Source: Octopus vulgaris (Eukaryota). From it: DNA of 64,000 bases. Below are positions 12,472 to 26,537 of the stretch, one piece after another. The notes beneath the pieces are model-generated. The model had not been told where the DNA came from and did no database searches. It worked only from the letters and a program-made list of their open reading frames with translations. Each line of letters opens with the position of its first letter. The stretch's first letter is position 1. The stretch is from contig OX597815.1 in NCBI GenBank assembly GCA_951406725.2, forward strand, positions 36,208,001 through 36,272,000. The letters run 5' to 3'. A program made the position numbers and the translations under genes.

Positions 12472-12577
12472 ATCATCTGAGGAGACACATCTACACCAAG
12501 GGATACATTTAAACCGGACATTTAAACTTCCACCCACGAGGGATTGATGCTGGATGGGTTGAAACAGCTGTAGTGAT
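12472..12577 (+). ncRNA. Type I hammerhead motif with extended stem II, inside a Penelope-like terminal region
   Basis: atcat-CTGAGGA-gacacatct...ggatgggtt-GAAA-CAGCTG-TA^gtgat; stem I atcat/gtgat; palindromic stem III ACAGCTGT. Confidence 0.55.
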
Positions 12578-13849
12578 CAATAAAGATTCTCGTATATTCC
12601 ATATCCATCTCTCTCATTAATCAAAGACCCCACTGAAACAGTGAAATGCTTTACATGAAATGTTCTTTATGTTGCCTGTCTCGTTTTTCTATTTGTTTCT
12701 TTCATTGTTTGAAAAAAGTTTGTTTTCCATGCTTTTGTTTTTTATGTTCTCATTTCTCCTTTTGTTCATTTTTTTAATGTCCTGTACCTATATATGCATG
12801 TATATGTACATATATATGTAGGCATGTACATGCATGTGTGTATATATGCATATATATGTATATTATTTATATCATTATATGATTGAATGCCATGCATCCA
12901 TTTCCAAGTAAGTTTTATTTTAATAATTCCGATGCGCACTCTACAAGCTATCTCTCTTCTATCTCCCTCTCTTGTTCTTCTTCTTTTCTGTTTTTCTCTC
13001 CTACCCTTTCTCTAATTCTTCTCCTCTCCCCTTCACTGTTCCCTCTCTCTCTCTCTCACTCTTCCTTCTTGACTCTCTCATTGCTCACACGTGACCAATG
13101 GCTATCTTTCTTTCTTCCACTTCCTTCATAAAGACAAGACATGCTTTTGCTTGTCTTTTCTCAAAGCTCGTTTTTCCAATTTGAAGCATGGGCAATAAGG
13201 GGAATAATAGTGATTTGGCATATGTGTGTGTGTGAGTAAGCACTTCTACATGTATGTGTGTGAGAGCAAGCATGTTTGTGTATAAAGCTAATGTGTGTAT
13301 GTGAATGTACATGTGTCTGTGTGTATATATTTTGTGTGTTTATGTGTATGTATACATGTGTGGTGTAGAGGCATGTGTATGTATGAGGCTTTTAGAGGAG
13401 TTTGTGTGTGCAAGTATGCATATGTTTATGTGTGCATGCATATGAGGCTAGGATGTGTGTGTACATGTGTGAGATGCAATTCCATGTACGTATGCTGTGT
13501 TTATGTGCATGTGTATGCATGTGTGTGTATATGTCCATTTTCAATTGGTGTGTGTATGAGGCTATCAGACAAGAGTGTGTGTGTGTAAGAAGCTTAATGC
13601 ATGCCTGTATTTTTCATATGCTTGTGTATGTGTATTTGATCCTATGTATGTGTGCATGTGAAGCAATCTGTCGTGTGTATTATAGGAGGATGTCGAGTGT
13701 GTCATATTGAATAGGTGTTAGGTGGAATACAGGTGGCAATAGTGTAGGTGGAGGGAAGTGTGGGTGCTAGTGTGGGGGATAGAAGTTGAGGGGGCAGTAG
13801 GAAGGTAAGAAATGTGTAGTGTGTGTAACTGTGTAGGGAGGAGGGGTAA

Positions 13850-14730
13850 GGTGAGGGAAAATTAATTCCTGCTCCAGATGAAAGAGGGAGTCCTGGTGAC
13901 CTCTGTGCAAGGCCAGTTCAAAAATAGACAAATGTTGCAGGGAATGAACAGTTGAGTGGAAATGTCATGAAACTGGAGTGTTATTACCAAGTCGAATGTC
14001 CTGTAATAGTTCAGCAAAACAGTCAGCTATGCACTGACCAGTTTGTCCAATGTACAGAGAGAGGCAAAGAGAGCAGAGGATGCAGTAAACCTAATTGCTA
14101 GAGGTGCAAGTGAATGAGTTTTTAATGTAACTGTGAGAACAGGTGTGGATGGTGGAGTTGGAGAAGAAGGGACAAGTGTGGCAGTGTGGATGAGAGCAAG
14201 GGAAGGAATTAGATTGAGTGCACAGAGGGGTAAAGCTATGGACCTGCAGGTCACATAGGTTGAGGCACATTTAGAGGGGAGAGGTGGTTGTGGAAGATGA
14301 GGGTGGTGGAGGGGTCAGATAGGAGTTGGTGGAAAGTACAGAAAATAGTGCATTGGAGGGTTAGCATAGAGATGGAGAGATGGTAGGTAAGGGAAAAAGG
14401 GAGGCAGGTAAGGGTGGGGTGGGCACAGGGAGAGAGGGTGGAAGTGCAGTCAACAAACCAGGTACAGGCAAGGTCGATTTGGATAGCAGCGGAGGCTTAT
14501 CATTGTTGAGTGAAGTGGTGAGCTATGAGTTAACTATGTCTCAAAGTTATGGTTGTCACTACAGAGCTGATGGAGATGGAAGTATTGAGAGTAGAGAATG
14601 GACTGTTTGGTGTTGGTAGGGTGGGAGGAGTTGTGATAGGAATCTCTGGTATGAGAGGAGTGTCTGAAGGAAACAGAAATATCTAGGAAGTTAACAAGAA
14701 GTGTTGGAGACAGAAGAGGAGAATTCAAGA
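13850..14730 (-). mobile_element. Degenerate Penelope-like retroelement (RT C-terminus plus GIY-YIG endonuclease)
   Basis: Frameshifted motifs LVNFLDISV, HPTNTKQSILYSQY..LHQLCSD, FTCTSSN.VYCILCSLCLSLYIGQTG..IADCFAE. Confidence 0.8.
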
Positions 14731-14969
14731 CATGAGTGTGTGTATGTTTGTCTCCTTTCCTTGATATTACATGATAGTTGTAAATGGTTGTCAGTAATAC
14801 AGGCAGTGTTATTCTGCAAGAACATGCCTGGCCATGGAGAAATATCAGCTTTCTTGGAAACAAGGTGAGGGTTAGGGACAGGAAGGGCATCCAGTTGTGG
14901 AAAATCTACCTCAATAGACTATCTGACCCATGCAAACACACAAAAGTGGATGTTAAAATGATGATGATG

Positions 14970-15334
14970 GTGTGGTAAGTAGCTTGCTTACAAACTACAT
15001 GGTTCCAGGTTCAGTCGCACTGCGTGGCACCTTGGGCAAGTGTCTTCTACTATAGCCTCAGGCCGACCAAAGCCTTGTGAGTGGAAACTGAAAGAAGCCC
15101 ATTGTATATATATGTGTGTGTTTGTGTGTGTGTGTATGTTTGTGTGTCTGTGTCCCCCAACATCACTTGACAACCGATGCTGGTGTGTTTACATCCCCGT
15201 AACTTAGCAGTTCAGCAAAGAGACCGACAGAATAAGTACTAGGCTTACAAAGAATAAGTCCTGGGGTCAATTTGCTCGACTAAATGCAGTGCTCCAGCAT
15301 GACCACAGTCAAATGACTGAAACAAGTAAAAGAG

Positions 15335-15336
<2 letters not shown>
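14970..15336 (+). mobile_element. SINE family A
   Basis: gtgtggtaagtagcttgc...aaacaagtaaaagag. Confidence 0.88.
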
Positions 15337-15382
<46 letters not shown>

Positions 15383-15418
<36 letters not shown>

Positions 15419-15690
15419 AATTATTGTATACAGTGCTCAGGTGCACCACAACTTGTCAGAAAGTGCATATAAAGTACATGCAGTAATGTAAAAATGTTTG
15501 GAAAGCGAACAATGTATGAGTCAGATACATGCTTGCGTGTGTATGGAGGGGAGAAAATCAGGTGTAGTGTTGGCGAATCTCAGAAAGCATGGAAGTTTTG
15601 AAGGATGTAGTGCTCCGACAACTAACAACTGATGCCGGCAGTTTGTTCCACGCTTCAGCAACTCTCAGCGTGAAAAAATGTTTCCTGAAG
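15383..15690 (-). mobile_element. CR1/L2-type LINE 3' end between (TA)n tracts
   Basis: Minus frame AEAWNKLPASVVSCRSTTSFKTS, typical of CR1-like ORF2 C-termini, plus (ATT)n tail. Confidence 0.8.
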
Positions 15691-16243
15691 TATATATATA
15701 TATATATATACATTTTGTATTCTGAAGAAAAAGAAAGTTCTAATATTTCAGGTTACTTTCTGGATTCATCAATTGCTGGTGCTTTTTGCAAAATCATAAA
15801 TTCACTAAAGGAAAATAAAGGAGGAAAAAAAAGCAACTAAAAAAAAAAAGGTAATGAAATAACAAAAGCTAGATTAAAATCTGTTATAGTTTATTCATAA
15901 ACTCATTTTGGATTAACGTTTTTTTATTTACAATGTTTGTAGAAACACATAGGTGGGTTTTTTCTTTCTTTTCATGATTTTTAATTAAAACAAGAGTTTT
16001 TATCACATCATTTCATTCCAAGGAAATCTGTAATATTGTTCTCCTTCTGTGAGGAAAATATAAAATTTTTTTTTTCTTTTTAGGGAGTTTCTATTCTGTG
16101 TTCTTTTCTCATCAAACAATAGTCTTTTGTAAATGCAGAAAAAAAAAAACTGTATGCATTTTAATATAAATTTTTTTTTTGCATGTAGTTATGTATACAA
16201 GATAATTTTGGTGGGGGAAAATGTGAATAAATAATTTATATAC

Positions 16244-16281
<38 letters not shown>

Positions 16282-16401
16282 TACATACATATATACATAC
16301 TGTACAACTCAGCCAATAGACTTTTGAAACTATTTCCATATCAAACATGAACAAAAGCAGAACTTGGAAAGCCAGGTTTTAAGCTCATTAGATGTGGTAT
16401 T

Positions 16402-16449
<48 letters not shown>

Positions 16450-17041
16450 CGCACACACATACCTGCATGTATGTAGGTTGTGGGTATGACAGAGATACAT
16501 TTACTGACTTACAGTCAATCAGTAGGATGAAAGCCAAATAGTGAGAACAGTAGTAATAACAAAAAAAAATTCATGGAAAGAATGGTAGTTAAAAATGTAT
16601 GTGTACGTATGCTGTATAATCTATGATAGAAATTAGTAAAGATGTAGAGCTGAGAAGACATTGAAGAAATAAACGAATGCAAATACAAACACATATATGG
16701 ATGCAGGAATAGTGGATAAGTTTGCTTTGCAAATGTCAGGTATTGGATTTGATCGTATGGCATGATGCAAATGAAATTTGGCAGAGAGAGAACCTGTTGG
16801 ATAGATTGTGTGTGCAATTGAAAACTCAAGCTTTATTATGTATTGTGTATTGCTCATTTGGGTTATGAATTACATTAAGCATATATATGTCTGTGGAATA
16901 TTCAGCCACTTACATATTAATTTAATGAGTAGGTAGGTCAGTTAACTAAACACCTGAATGTTGATTGTCAAAACTAACAGAAGAACAATAAATCACCATT
17001 ACATATGCACATATATGTGTATGTATCATCATCATCATTAT

Positions 17042-17440
17042 AGGTGCAGGAGTGGCTGTGTGGTAAGTAGCTTGCTGACCAACCACATGGTTCTGGGTTC
17101 AGTCCCACTGCGTGGCATCTTGGGCAAGTGTCTTCTGCTATAGCCCTGGGCCGACCAAAGCCTTGTGAGTTGATTTGGTAGACGGAAACTGAAAGAAGCC
17201 TGTCGTATATATGTATGTGTGCGTATATGTTTGTGTGTCTGTGTTTGTCCCTCTAGCATTGCTTGACAACTGATGCTGGTGTGTTTACGTCCCCGTCACT
17301 TAGCGGTTCGGCAAAAGAGACCGATAGAATAAGTACTGGGCTTACAAAGAATAAGTCGCAAGGTCCATTTGCTCGACCAAAGGCGGTGCTCCAGCATGGT
17401 CGCAATCAAATGACTGAAACAAGTAAAAGGGTAAAAGAGA
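17042..17440 (+). mobile_element. Full-length tRNA-derived SINE family A
   Basis: A-box-like gtggctgtgtggt, B-box-like gggttcagtccc, conserved body and aagtaaaag tail. Confidence 0.9.
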
Positions 17441-19086
17441 TTATCTTAATGACTACACTTCCATTTTTGCAGGAGTTCGATAGGATTCATTGAGGCAGAT
17501 TTTCTATGGCTAGATGCTTTTCCTGAACCTGTTTCCAAACAATGTAGTATTTCCCCCTTGAGTTGGAACATGTTTATGTGCGAGACTGAGAACAGTACTG
17601 CTTGTATGATAGTGATGTTTGTTTACAACTTGCATAACACTGGAACAATAAAATTGAAACACACACCCATGCATACATACAAAATTATATGAACACACAC
17701 CACGCATGCATGTATCTGACTCATACACTGTTCACTTTCCAAACATTTGTACATTACTGCATATGCTTTATACACACTTTTGACAAGTTGTGGTGCACCT
17801 GAGCACTGTATAAAATAATTTCATTATTATTATTATTATATGATGGGCTTCTTTTCAATTTCTACTAATCAAATTAACTTTGTTAGTACAAAGAGAACTT
17901 TTAACCACTGTACTGTCCATATATGTATCTATACACCTATGCATATATACCATACTGTGTCAATATTTTGTTCAAAACGAGCTAGTTATGAATATGCATA
18001 GGGGAGTATGTTAGAGTGTAAAAACCTGATAAATTTGCCCCTTTCAATTACCTAAGTTGTTACTTAGTTTATTAATTAATAGTACCTATGTCTCTTGTCA
18101 CACACCTGTGTTGTACATGTCTTCTGAACCAACTAGGGATCTTTATAAGACTGCTTAAACTCAACCTATTAATAATAGAAACTACATCTTCACATCACAC
18201 ATTGTCTTATACAAAGAAGATACATTGAATGATGCTTGTAGGTCCAAAAGGGAAAGGCTAGCCCTGAACTCAACATTTTATAGTTTAGTTGTTTTGTTAG
18301 ATAAAAATGTGTAGTGAGTTATAAGATATGCTATGAGTTTCCCATCATTTATTAAAAAATATAAATACGAGATCCAACTTACATGCATTTAAATAGGTTT
18401 TAACATATTTCTCAGTCAAAATTATGATTCATATAGGAACCCTGACAGCAGTATGTTATTTATTACATAATTGTATTCTTAATAACCTCACAAATATTCA
18501 CATGAATTTCACAGTATTTCTCACACATAAAGCAATAAAGAATATTATGTGAATATATTCTGGTATTGTCTTGATTTTAGGTATTAAAAGACAAAAGTAT
18601 GTCAATAACTTACTGTATAATAGGTATATTTTTGTAATTAATTACATTACACTGGTTATGTAGGCAATAAAACATGTAGAGAAACTGTGATATTTATCAT
18701 TATTTTCAAAATAATGATTAACAGAGGCCCAAAGTCAAATATTTAAGTGGCAGGGTTGACAGCTCTTCTACAAAGTCATATGATCTGCTAGACATAGCCA
18801 CCAAATCTCTCTTAAATTTCACCCTATTTTCTTTTTAAAAAAGGAAAGCTACAATGGACACTGTAGCTCACTACCAGAAAAGGACATAAATGGAATGGTC
18901 ATGCTTGATTGCCTTTTATTACAGATGTGCTCAATCAGGACTGACCTGGAGCAAAGCAACAACAAATAACTTGTCAAGCAATTGCAATGAAACAATGTGT
19001 TCTATAGGTTAAAAATAAATATTAAAACTAATCGAAGCTACAGGTTATTGAAATATTAATCAAAACAAACCCATACTGCTCTTTAA

Positions 19087-19305
19087 CCCTTTAGTATTTA
19101 AACCGGCCATATCCAGCCAAAATATTTAATCTGTTTTATGTTCAAACTGACCAGATCCAGACTCTCACACCTACCCTACAATGTTATTCTACATTAAGTA
19201 ATTACACCATCAAGATCTTGAAGATATGAGATAATGCATGATTAATTCAAATCAATGTGAATCAATAAGCATTATGTTTGATAGAATAATCAGAACACTA
19301 AAGGG
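19087..19305. mobile_element. piggyBac-like MITE
   Basis: TTAA|CCCTTTAGT...ACTAAAGGG|TTAA: terminal inverted repeats with TTAA duplication. Confidence 0.85.
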
Positions 19306-22300
19306 TTAAACTGTTTTCTAAGAGTATTTCTGATATATTCCAAAAGGTAATAACACCCGGGAGCTCAGCAGTAAGAGCACCGCAGTATACATTTTAGAAA
19401 GCGAAAGCTCTGTCCATCACACTGAGACTTTGAAAATTGTGTTATGCACAACAAAAAAGCTTGCAGCAAAATTTAATATACAACAGTTTTCTGAACCCAG
19501 ATAACCATTTCATATTGCTCAGTTGAAAGGACACCAGACTAGAAGGATCAGACTTTCCTAATGTGACTATCATGTAGAATATTTATCTAATATAATGTTT
19601 CTTTCTTTCTTAGAAATTTGTAACACAGTGCTTTGTTAGCAAATATAGTCAGGTATCTTGAGAGCCATCAGTATACAATACTAACAAGGCCGGAACTCAC
19701 TAACAGCCATTGTGTCACTTTAAAGGTTAATAATAAAATATACGAAAGAAAAAAAAAAAAGAAACAATTTAGATAAAATAAAAATATTTGTAAAAAACAA
19801 AAAAGTATACAAAATAATCCTTGTAAATTAAAAATATGTAGTCCTTGTATTAATATGCTACATAGCACACATGTAATTAAGAAATATAATATTTATATAG
19901 TTAAAATATATATAATACCAATATGATTATGATATATATATACATATATATTACCTATGGACAGCTAAGCTGGTTATATTCTAAACCACCACCAGAGAGG
20001 TTGGTTGCCAGTATTAAGCCTTTATTATTACATTTGCCCGTGGAACTTAATTCTCAGATCAACTTTTAATTGTTGCTTGCTCCAAGTCAACCTTGATCAA
20101 ACAGACTTATGATGAAAGACATAATATCTACAGCATCCTTTATTTATTTAAGACTCTTGGATATGATTTGAGAGAAATTTGATTGTTATTTCTTGCAGAG
20201 AGTGGTATAATTCAAAATTCTAATCAGGAGTAGCATTGAGTTTAGTCCCACCCACAGGAAAAGCTGCCAATGAAAAGCCTGACTCAAATCCTAGAGATTT
20301 ATCTCTCGGTTTTTAATTAATGGTACGAAAACCAAAGATAAGCATCATTTACCTCATGGAATTTTGTGATCAGAAAGAATAAGCACTTATCATTGCTCTT
20401 ATTATAAGGTGGTGGAGTGGCACTGCCCAGTTCAAAACCACAACTTGATCCATGGGTCCTGCAGCTGAGTTCATTGTGTTGCAAGCAATTGGACCAGATT
20501 GTTAGTTGTTCTTTCAACAGCTTGGTTTTTCCTGAAGACATTGATCTGAAAATGTTCAGGCTGGATACAACTCCATCAATGTCACCAACCTGGGAGAGCT
20601 GCAAAGTGATGGCTATAGGTACTGACCCACCTCCTCTAACAAGAAAAAGCTACTACATCATCAGTCCATCAAACTATATGCTTGCAGTATTTTGTGTTCT
20701 AATTCCTTTGGTTCTGTGTTCAAATACCAGATTCTTCTTACAATGAAATCAGTAGAGCCCCGGGTAAATAACCTGCTGTATTTTGATTTCAGAGCCCAAA
20801 TCCTGCTGAAGTCAGCTTTGCTTTTCATTTTTCTGGAGTCGATAGAAAAATGTAGCAGTCAAAAACTGGAAATGATATCATTAACTATAACCCTGTTCCA
20901 CCACAGATTTGAGGAACAAGATATCAAATTTTGTGTGGGGTATAGTTGATCAACTTGTGCCTATGTAAGAAATGAGTAACATGGTTATTATTATAATGGA
21001 ATATGTGTATGTGTGTGTGTCTTTGTCTCCCACTCCTTGACAACCAGTGTTTTTTTAAAATCTCTGTAATTTGGCAGTTTGGCAAAAGAGACTAATAGAA
21101 TGGGTACCAGATCTAAAAAGTACTGGGATTGATTTGTTCAATGAAAACCCTTTAAGGTGGTGCCCAAGCATGGGTGGAGTTCAATGATTGAAACAAGCAA
21201 AAGGAGAAAAATATATATAAAATATCAATACTGACAAGTTTTACTGCATTGATCTCTGATTGTCATCAGATGTTTTATCCTAGACTGTATTTGAACTTGT
21301 AATATTATTTATAAAATAAGATATATATGAGTGTGTGTGTGTGTGTATATGTGTGTGTAATTACAGTCGCTTCATAGAAAACATTATTGTTACTAGTAGT
21401 TAAAGCTGACAAACAAAAGGTTTCTAGTTCAAATTCAGTCTGGGACCATGTAAACATCCAGGAATAAGACAGCTAATGATGATCATATAAGAAATTAATT
21501 GAAATGTAAGCAATATGTTGATGATTAGGTTATTTGTCGGGAAAATTAGAACATATTATTCTTTGGTCTAAGGCTGTGAAGCAACAGAAATAGTAGGAAG
21601 CCAAACTAAATGGCAAACAGTATCCATCTATTTGTTCCTCTGTGTACTGAGTTTAGATTGTGCTAATGTCAACACTGATTTATATTTGATTGCAGCTAAT
21701 AAAATAAATAAGCATGTCCTGGGTCCATTTCACCAACTATATGCTTTTCCTACAAAATGTGGCCTTGTGCCAATGGGAAAAATCCCTTTTATTCTTTTAA
21801 AAATTTGGATGTGAAAAATAAGAACCGTTATTCTAACAGGTTTCTTTTTCACTTGTGGAGTTGTGTTAAAGCTGTTTAAAACTTAGTTTCATTCAATAAC
21901 CCACATGAAATGTTTATCAGTTTTAATATGAAACTGCGGTATGTGTGTGTGTGTGTGTGCATGCGTGTGTACATAGAGAGAGAGAGAGGTTTATGAATAT
22001 GAGATGCAATGATTTAGAGGATTTGATAACTACAAGAAAAAAGTAGAGGTTTGAATATACAGCAGCTGTTTTGTATCATAATTATTAACACCTTTACTAA
22101 TATATTTATACTCCAGTTTTCATACCGAGAACATATAGAAGAATGTGCATGTATTAGCATTTATACACACACATTGTGATGTATATAAAACATATTTTAC
22201 ATAATGTAGGTATCAAACAGTTGTGAACAGCTAAAGGTGAAACTCAGAATACACTGCCAACTTTTGAAATTATACACACACACCATGTACACGTGCTGTC

Positions 22301-22603
22301 AGTATATATAGGTTTAGCTGTAAAGTAAATGTACACATTTGAATATGCATACACAAACATATATGTGGATATACAATATATCTCTGTATAGTGGTTTCAG
22401 CATCAGTCTTATTGAGAGGCACCTTGGGTAAGAGTCTCCTACATAGCATCTAGCTCCAGAAACTCTGTCTCATAGAATTTCATCCGACACATGCAAGCTT
22501 GGAACAGCGGATGTTAAATGATGATGATATATCACATATCAACTGGTATACATATACATAAATATGTAACTGTGTATGAGCGCAAGTTGAATTATATTGG
22601 TAA

Positions 22604-22818
22604 AGGCGGCGAGCTGGCAGAAACGTTAGCACGCCGGGCGAATTGCATAGCCGTAATTCGTTATGTTCCAAGTTCAAATTCTGCCGAGGTTGACTTTGCC
22701 TTTCATCCTTTCGGGGTCGATAAATTAAGTACCAGTTAGGCACTGGGGTCGATGTAATCGACTTAATCCCTTTGTCTGTCCCCTCTGTGTTTAGCCCCTT
22801 GTGGGTAGTACAGAAATA
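22604..22818 (+). mobile_element. tRNA-derived SINE family B
   Basis: ggcggcgagctggcagaaacgttagc...gttcaaatt...gactttgcctttcatcctttcggggtcgataaa; other copies at 30108 and 55240. Confidence 0.88.
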
Positions 22819-23463
22819 TATATTGGTATATTAGAATTTTTTGTAGATAACCTTAAACAAATATGTATCTTCTATAAGGAGAAACCAACTTAATTTATCG
22901 GTACTTAAGCAATGTTTGTATGTATTAAGTAATTTTTTTGTTCCTGATGACCCCTGGGACGTTATAGGTACAGCTATGTGAAAAAGGTTATAGAATATGG
23001 GGATGCCTCAATGTTTGACAAGATGGAGCATATTGATTTATACATGTATGTGTCATCATCCCAGTTTTTACATCTGCTTTTTCATGCTGGCATAGGTTAG
23101 ATGGGTCCTTTCCAACTCATTATGATGATGATGTATATGTATGGATATTAATGTTTGTTTTTATATTCAGTTATAATGAAAACAATTTTACATTAAGCTG
23201 ATGGCTTACTCTATACTTTTGTAGAGTACAAATTTATTATTTGTTTTGACCAGCTAAGCAGTCTGGCGATGACTTAGCTGGCCAAAACTTTGAAGTTACT
23301 GTCAACAACATTCTTCTATAAGAATAACAATTACATGCGTGTATGTGTGTGTATTTATAATTATCTTTCTGTATACATACACAAAAAATAGATCTATATG
23401 AGTATATGTTGATGTGTGTGTGTATGTGTATATGTATGTATATATATATGTGTGTGTGTGTGT

Positions 23464-23731
23464 GGAGGCACAATGGCCCAGTGGTTAGGGCAGCGGACTC
23501 GCGGTCGTAGGATCGCGGTTTCGATTCCCAGACCGGGCGTTGTGAGTGTTTATTGAGCGAAAACACCTAAAAGCCTCACGAAGCTCCGGCAGGGGGTGGT
23601 GATCTCTGCTGTACTCTTTCACCACTCTTTCTACTGTTGGCCTGCACTCTTTCTTCTGAAGGCTAAAACAATGCGAACGCATTGTGACCAGCGATGTGTA
23701 GCAACATCTGATGGTCTGGTTGGTCACGTGA
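23464..23731 (+). mobile_element. tRNA-derived SINE family D
   Basis: A box TGGCCCAGTGG and B box GTTTCGATTCC followed by a non-tRNA body; flanked by microsatellites. Confidence 0.8.
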
Positions 23732-26302
23732 TATATATATATATATATATATCCATAGCTGTCCATACATATCCATATTAATACATATACTTCTCCTTGA
23801 AATGAGAACTTTTATTTGAAATATTTGGAAAAAGTAGCAGAGGAAGTGAGTACACTCATCCTCATCAGCCTACTTGGTTTCCATATAGATTTCTCCATTG
23901 ATGGCCTGGGTTGGATGGATCTGAAATAAAGAGCCAGTTAATGCATCTTAGTCCTGTGTCAATTTATCTTCGGGGCCCAAATGTTCTCAGCTCTGACCTC
24001 ACCATTTTCTCTCTTGTTTAGCACTACAACAGGTATCCAATACTGTAAATTTCTGACTCCTTTTCATTCAGCATAGGTCATCTGTTTGACTGGTATAGAT
24101 ATCTTAGATATCTCTCTACTACAAATTAATCAATGCTTTGGAAAACGTTCTGTTTCGCCAGCTCACTCACACTCAGCTTTTCCTCTAGATTAACATTGCA
24201 CATCCAATAAGCTATATCCAACTTGATCCTTTTGCAATCCCTGTACAAACTTTTTCTTCTCGTACATCACATGTCGTACATCACATCACATGTCTCATAC
24301 ATTTTACATACTTCTTACATATTCCATATACTGCACAGTCTTCTTACACACGCCTCACACATTCACTGTGCACATTTTTTACACATGTCCAATACAATCC
24401 ACGATACTACAATGAATAGATACACCTACCAATGTGTTACAGAATCAACACAATAACAAAGGGTAATGGTACGGGTGAAGAAAGAAATATGAACTGAACA
24501 AATGTTAACAATATAACAGCATTATAAGAAAATAAATGAACAAGTAGTTAACAACAAACAAATGAAACAAATAGAAGAAGCAGAAGATAAGTTAAATTAC
24601 ATTTTTTCTTATTTTTCTTTTTGTAATGAACCACATAGTGTTTGTACATCTGTATAAATTGTATTCCTTACCATAAAATATGGTTTAAATATTATTTTCA
24701 GGGTAAGAAATATTCTGTACTGATTCACTGAGAGTTACTCATTGGCCTCCAATAGTTCTACTTGTATTAATTATAACACACTCACTGAATAGGGGGGTGG
24801 GTGGGTTGAGTTACTTTTTATTTATTTATTACTGCTTTACATCCATTTCTTCCATGCTAGCATGGATGTATGGGTTATATCTATTTTTTTTTGCATTTAT
24901 TTGAACATTTGCATTTTGTTGGATCAATTGTTCTTACAAATGGATGCCCTTTCCCGCTGCTAACCATCAAGCAGAAGTGGTATTCATGGCTAGCTAAGCA
25001 GAATGGGGGCAAACAAAGTAATGTGTATTTCTTAGGTGGGATGTAACACAATGGCTGTAGAAAGAGCAAAGTTTGAACACATGACCATGTGTAGATAGTC
25101 TAAGTACTTCAACCCCCAGAGCCATTGTTCAGTGAAAAGAATCTGGTATGCAAATGCTACAGACAATTTACTTCGATCTTTTGAGTTTTCTTTTTTCCAG
25201 TTCATATTCATTGTCACTGCTAGAATCAGGCCAAAATAAGTGTTGGATGTTAGCAGACTGTTGGTGAGTGAATGATACGTACACAGCCATGTGTGCATGT
25301 ACCTGCATGCTTAGTGTACATATAAGGAGTAATAATCCTTGCAATCTATTCATTGCTCTTTATACTGAGACTGTTGTTGTGGTTGTAGTTGAGGTGGTGT
25401 TTATCATAATAATGCTGCCAGCAGCAGTAGAAACAATTTCAGTCAAATTCTTTAGAATATATTTTAAGTGGACAGCAGTACTACTTTAAGGGCAGCTGTT
25501 TATAATTTCAATTGTTCTATATTTTTAATCAGACCATTTCTCTGCCTTAATAATAAGGTAGGAAGAAATATGTATAGAAGGTAGAGAGAAAGAAAGAGAG
25601 GAGAGAGAGAGAGAAAAAGAGAGTGAACTTGGTGTTTGAAGAATTGTTGTTGTAACCAATATCTTTGTTATCTCCCTTGCATAATTGTTGTCAAGAACCA
25701 TGGCTGCAGTCAACATTCTCACACTAGAATGCCATTTTCTTGATTTTTATTTTCAACTTCTAACAACTTTATTCTCTCTTCATACCTTGAATCCAAGATA
25801 GTAAACACCAAAGCCTCTTTTTGACAAATCTTGAATAATATTTAGCACCATTTCAGCTGTACTTCTTTGACTCAGTTGTAAATAAAAGGAGCACAGACAC
25901 TGAGAACATTCATTGGCTTCAACATCCTCTTGAAGATTTCCAGTAATTGCAGACGTTCACTGGCTTTGATCCACCTCTTACATTTTTTCTCTTTGGAAAA
26001 AATATAGGATAACTAAACAGATCATTTGCAACACTTTTCTTTTTATATTTCTATCATACCTGGTTTTCTTTGTCCAGAAAAATCAGGTTAAAGAAGAAGA
26101 GCAAAACAGACCAGATTTGAAACAGATGTAGAAATTCTTTAGATATTTCACACAACAAAACCAATAATCTCTCTTTGTTTACTTGATTCACTCTCTCTCT
26201 CTCCTTCATTATCTTTTTACTCTTTCATTTCCTATCCATATCTGCTTTTGTTACCAGTGAAAGACTTTTGATAGAAGTGCAGAAAGTCAAAAAAAGCTAG
26301 TA

Positions 26303-26537
26303 TTATAGACCTTCGAATATAAATCTATGGCGTAACAAATCTTCAGCAGTAGGACGTTCTCGAGAATTTTTTCTGAAACAATTTCGAATACAGTCTCTAG
26401 CTATATCAGAGACATGAAAAGGAAGTTCATATTTTGGATGTTCTGATGTAGCAATTTTATAAATAGCAGCCATAGATTCAAGGTCAGGCCAAGGTGGTTT
26501 CATTGTGAACATTTCTACTACAGTACAACCAAGACTC
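26303..26537 (-). CDS. MAP3K2: MAP3K2/3 last coding exon
   Basis: TTCAG|G AGT CTT GGT TGT...; [16 protein letters not shown]...[17 protein letters not shown]. Confidence 0.96.

Noticed and set aside
12019-13710. Several 75-172 aa ORFs rich in C/V/Y/H/T
   Set aside because: Translations of (TG)n/(TA)n low-complexity DNA
22940-23010. CTGATGA-cccc...gggg hammerhead-like start
   Set aside because: No GAAA core or stem III in the right position
23464-23540. tRNA-like sequence
   Set aside because: It continues into a SINE body and the acceptor stem does not close; a SINE head rather than a tRNA gene
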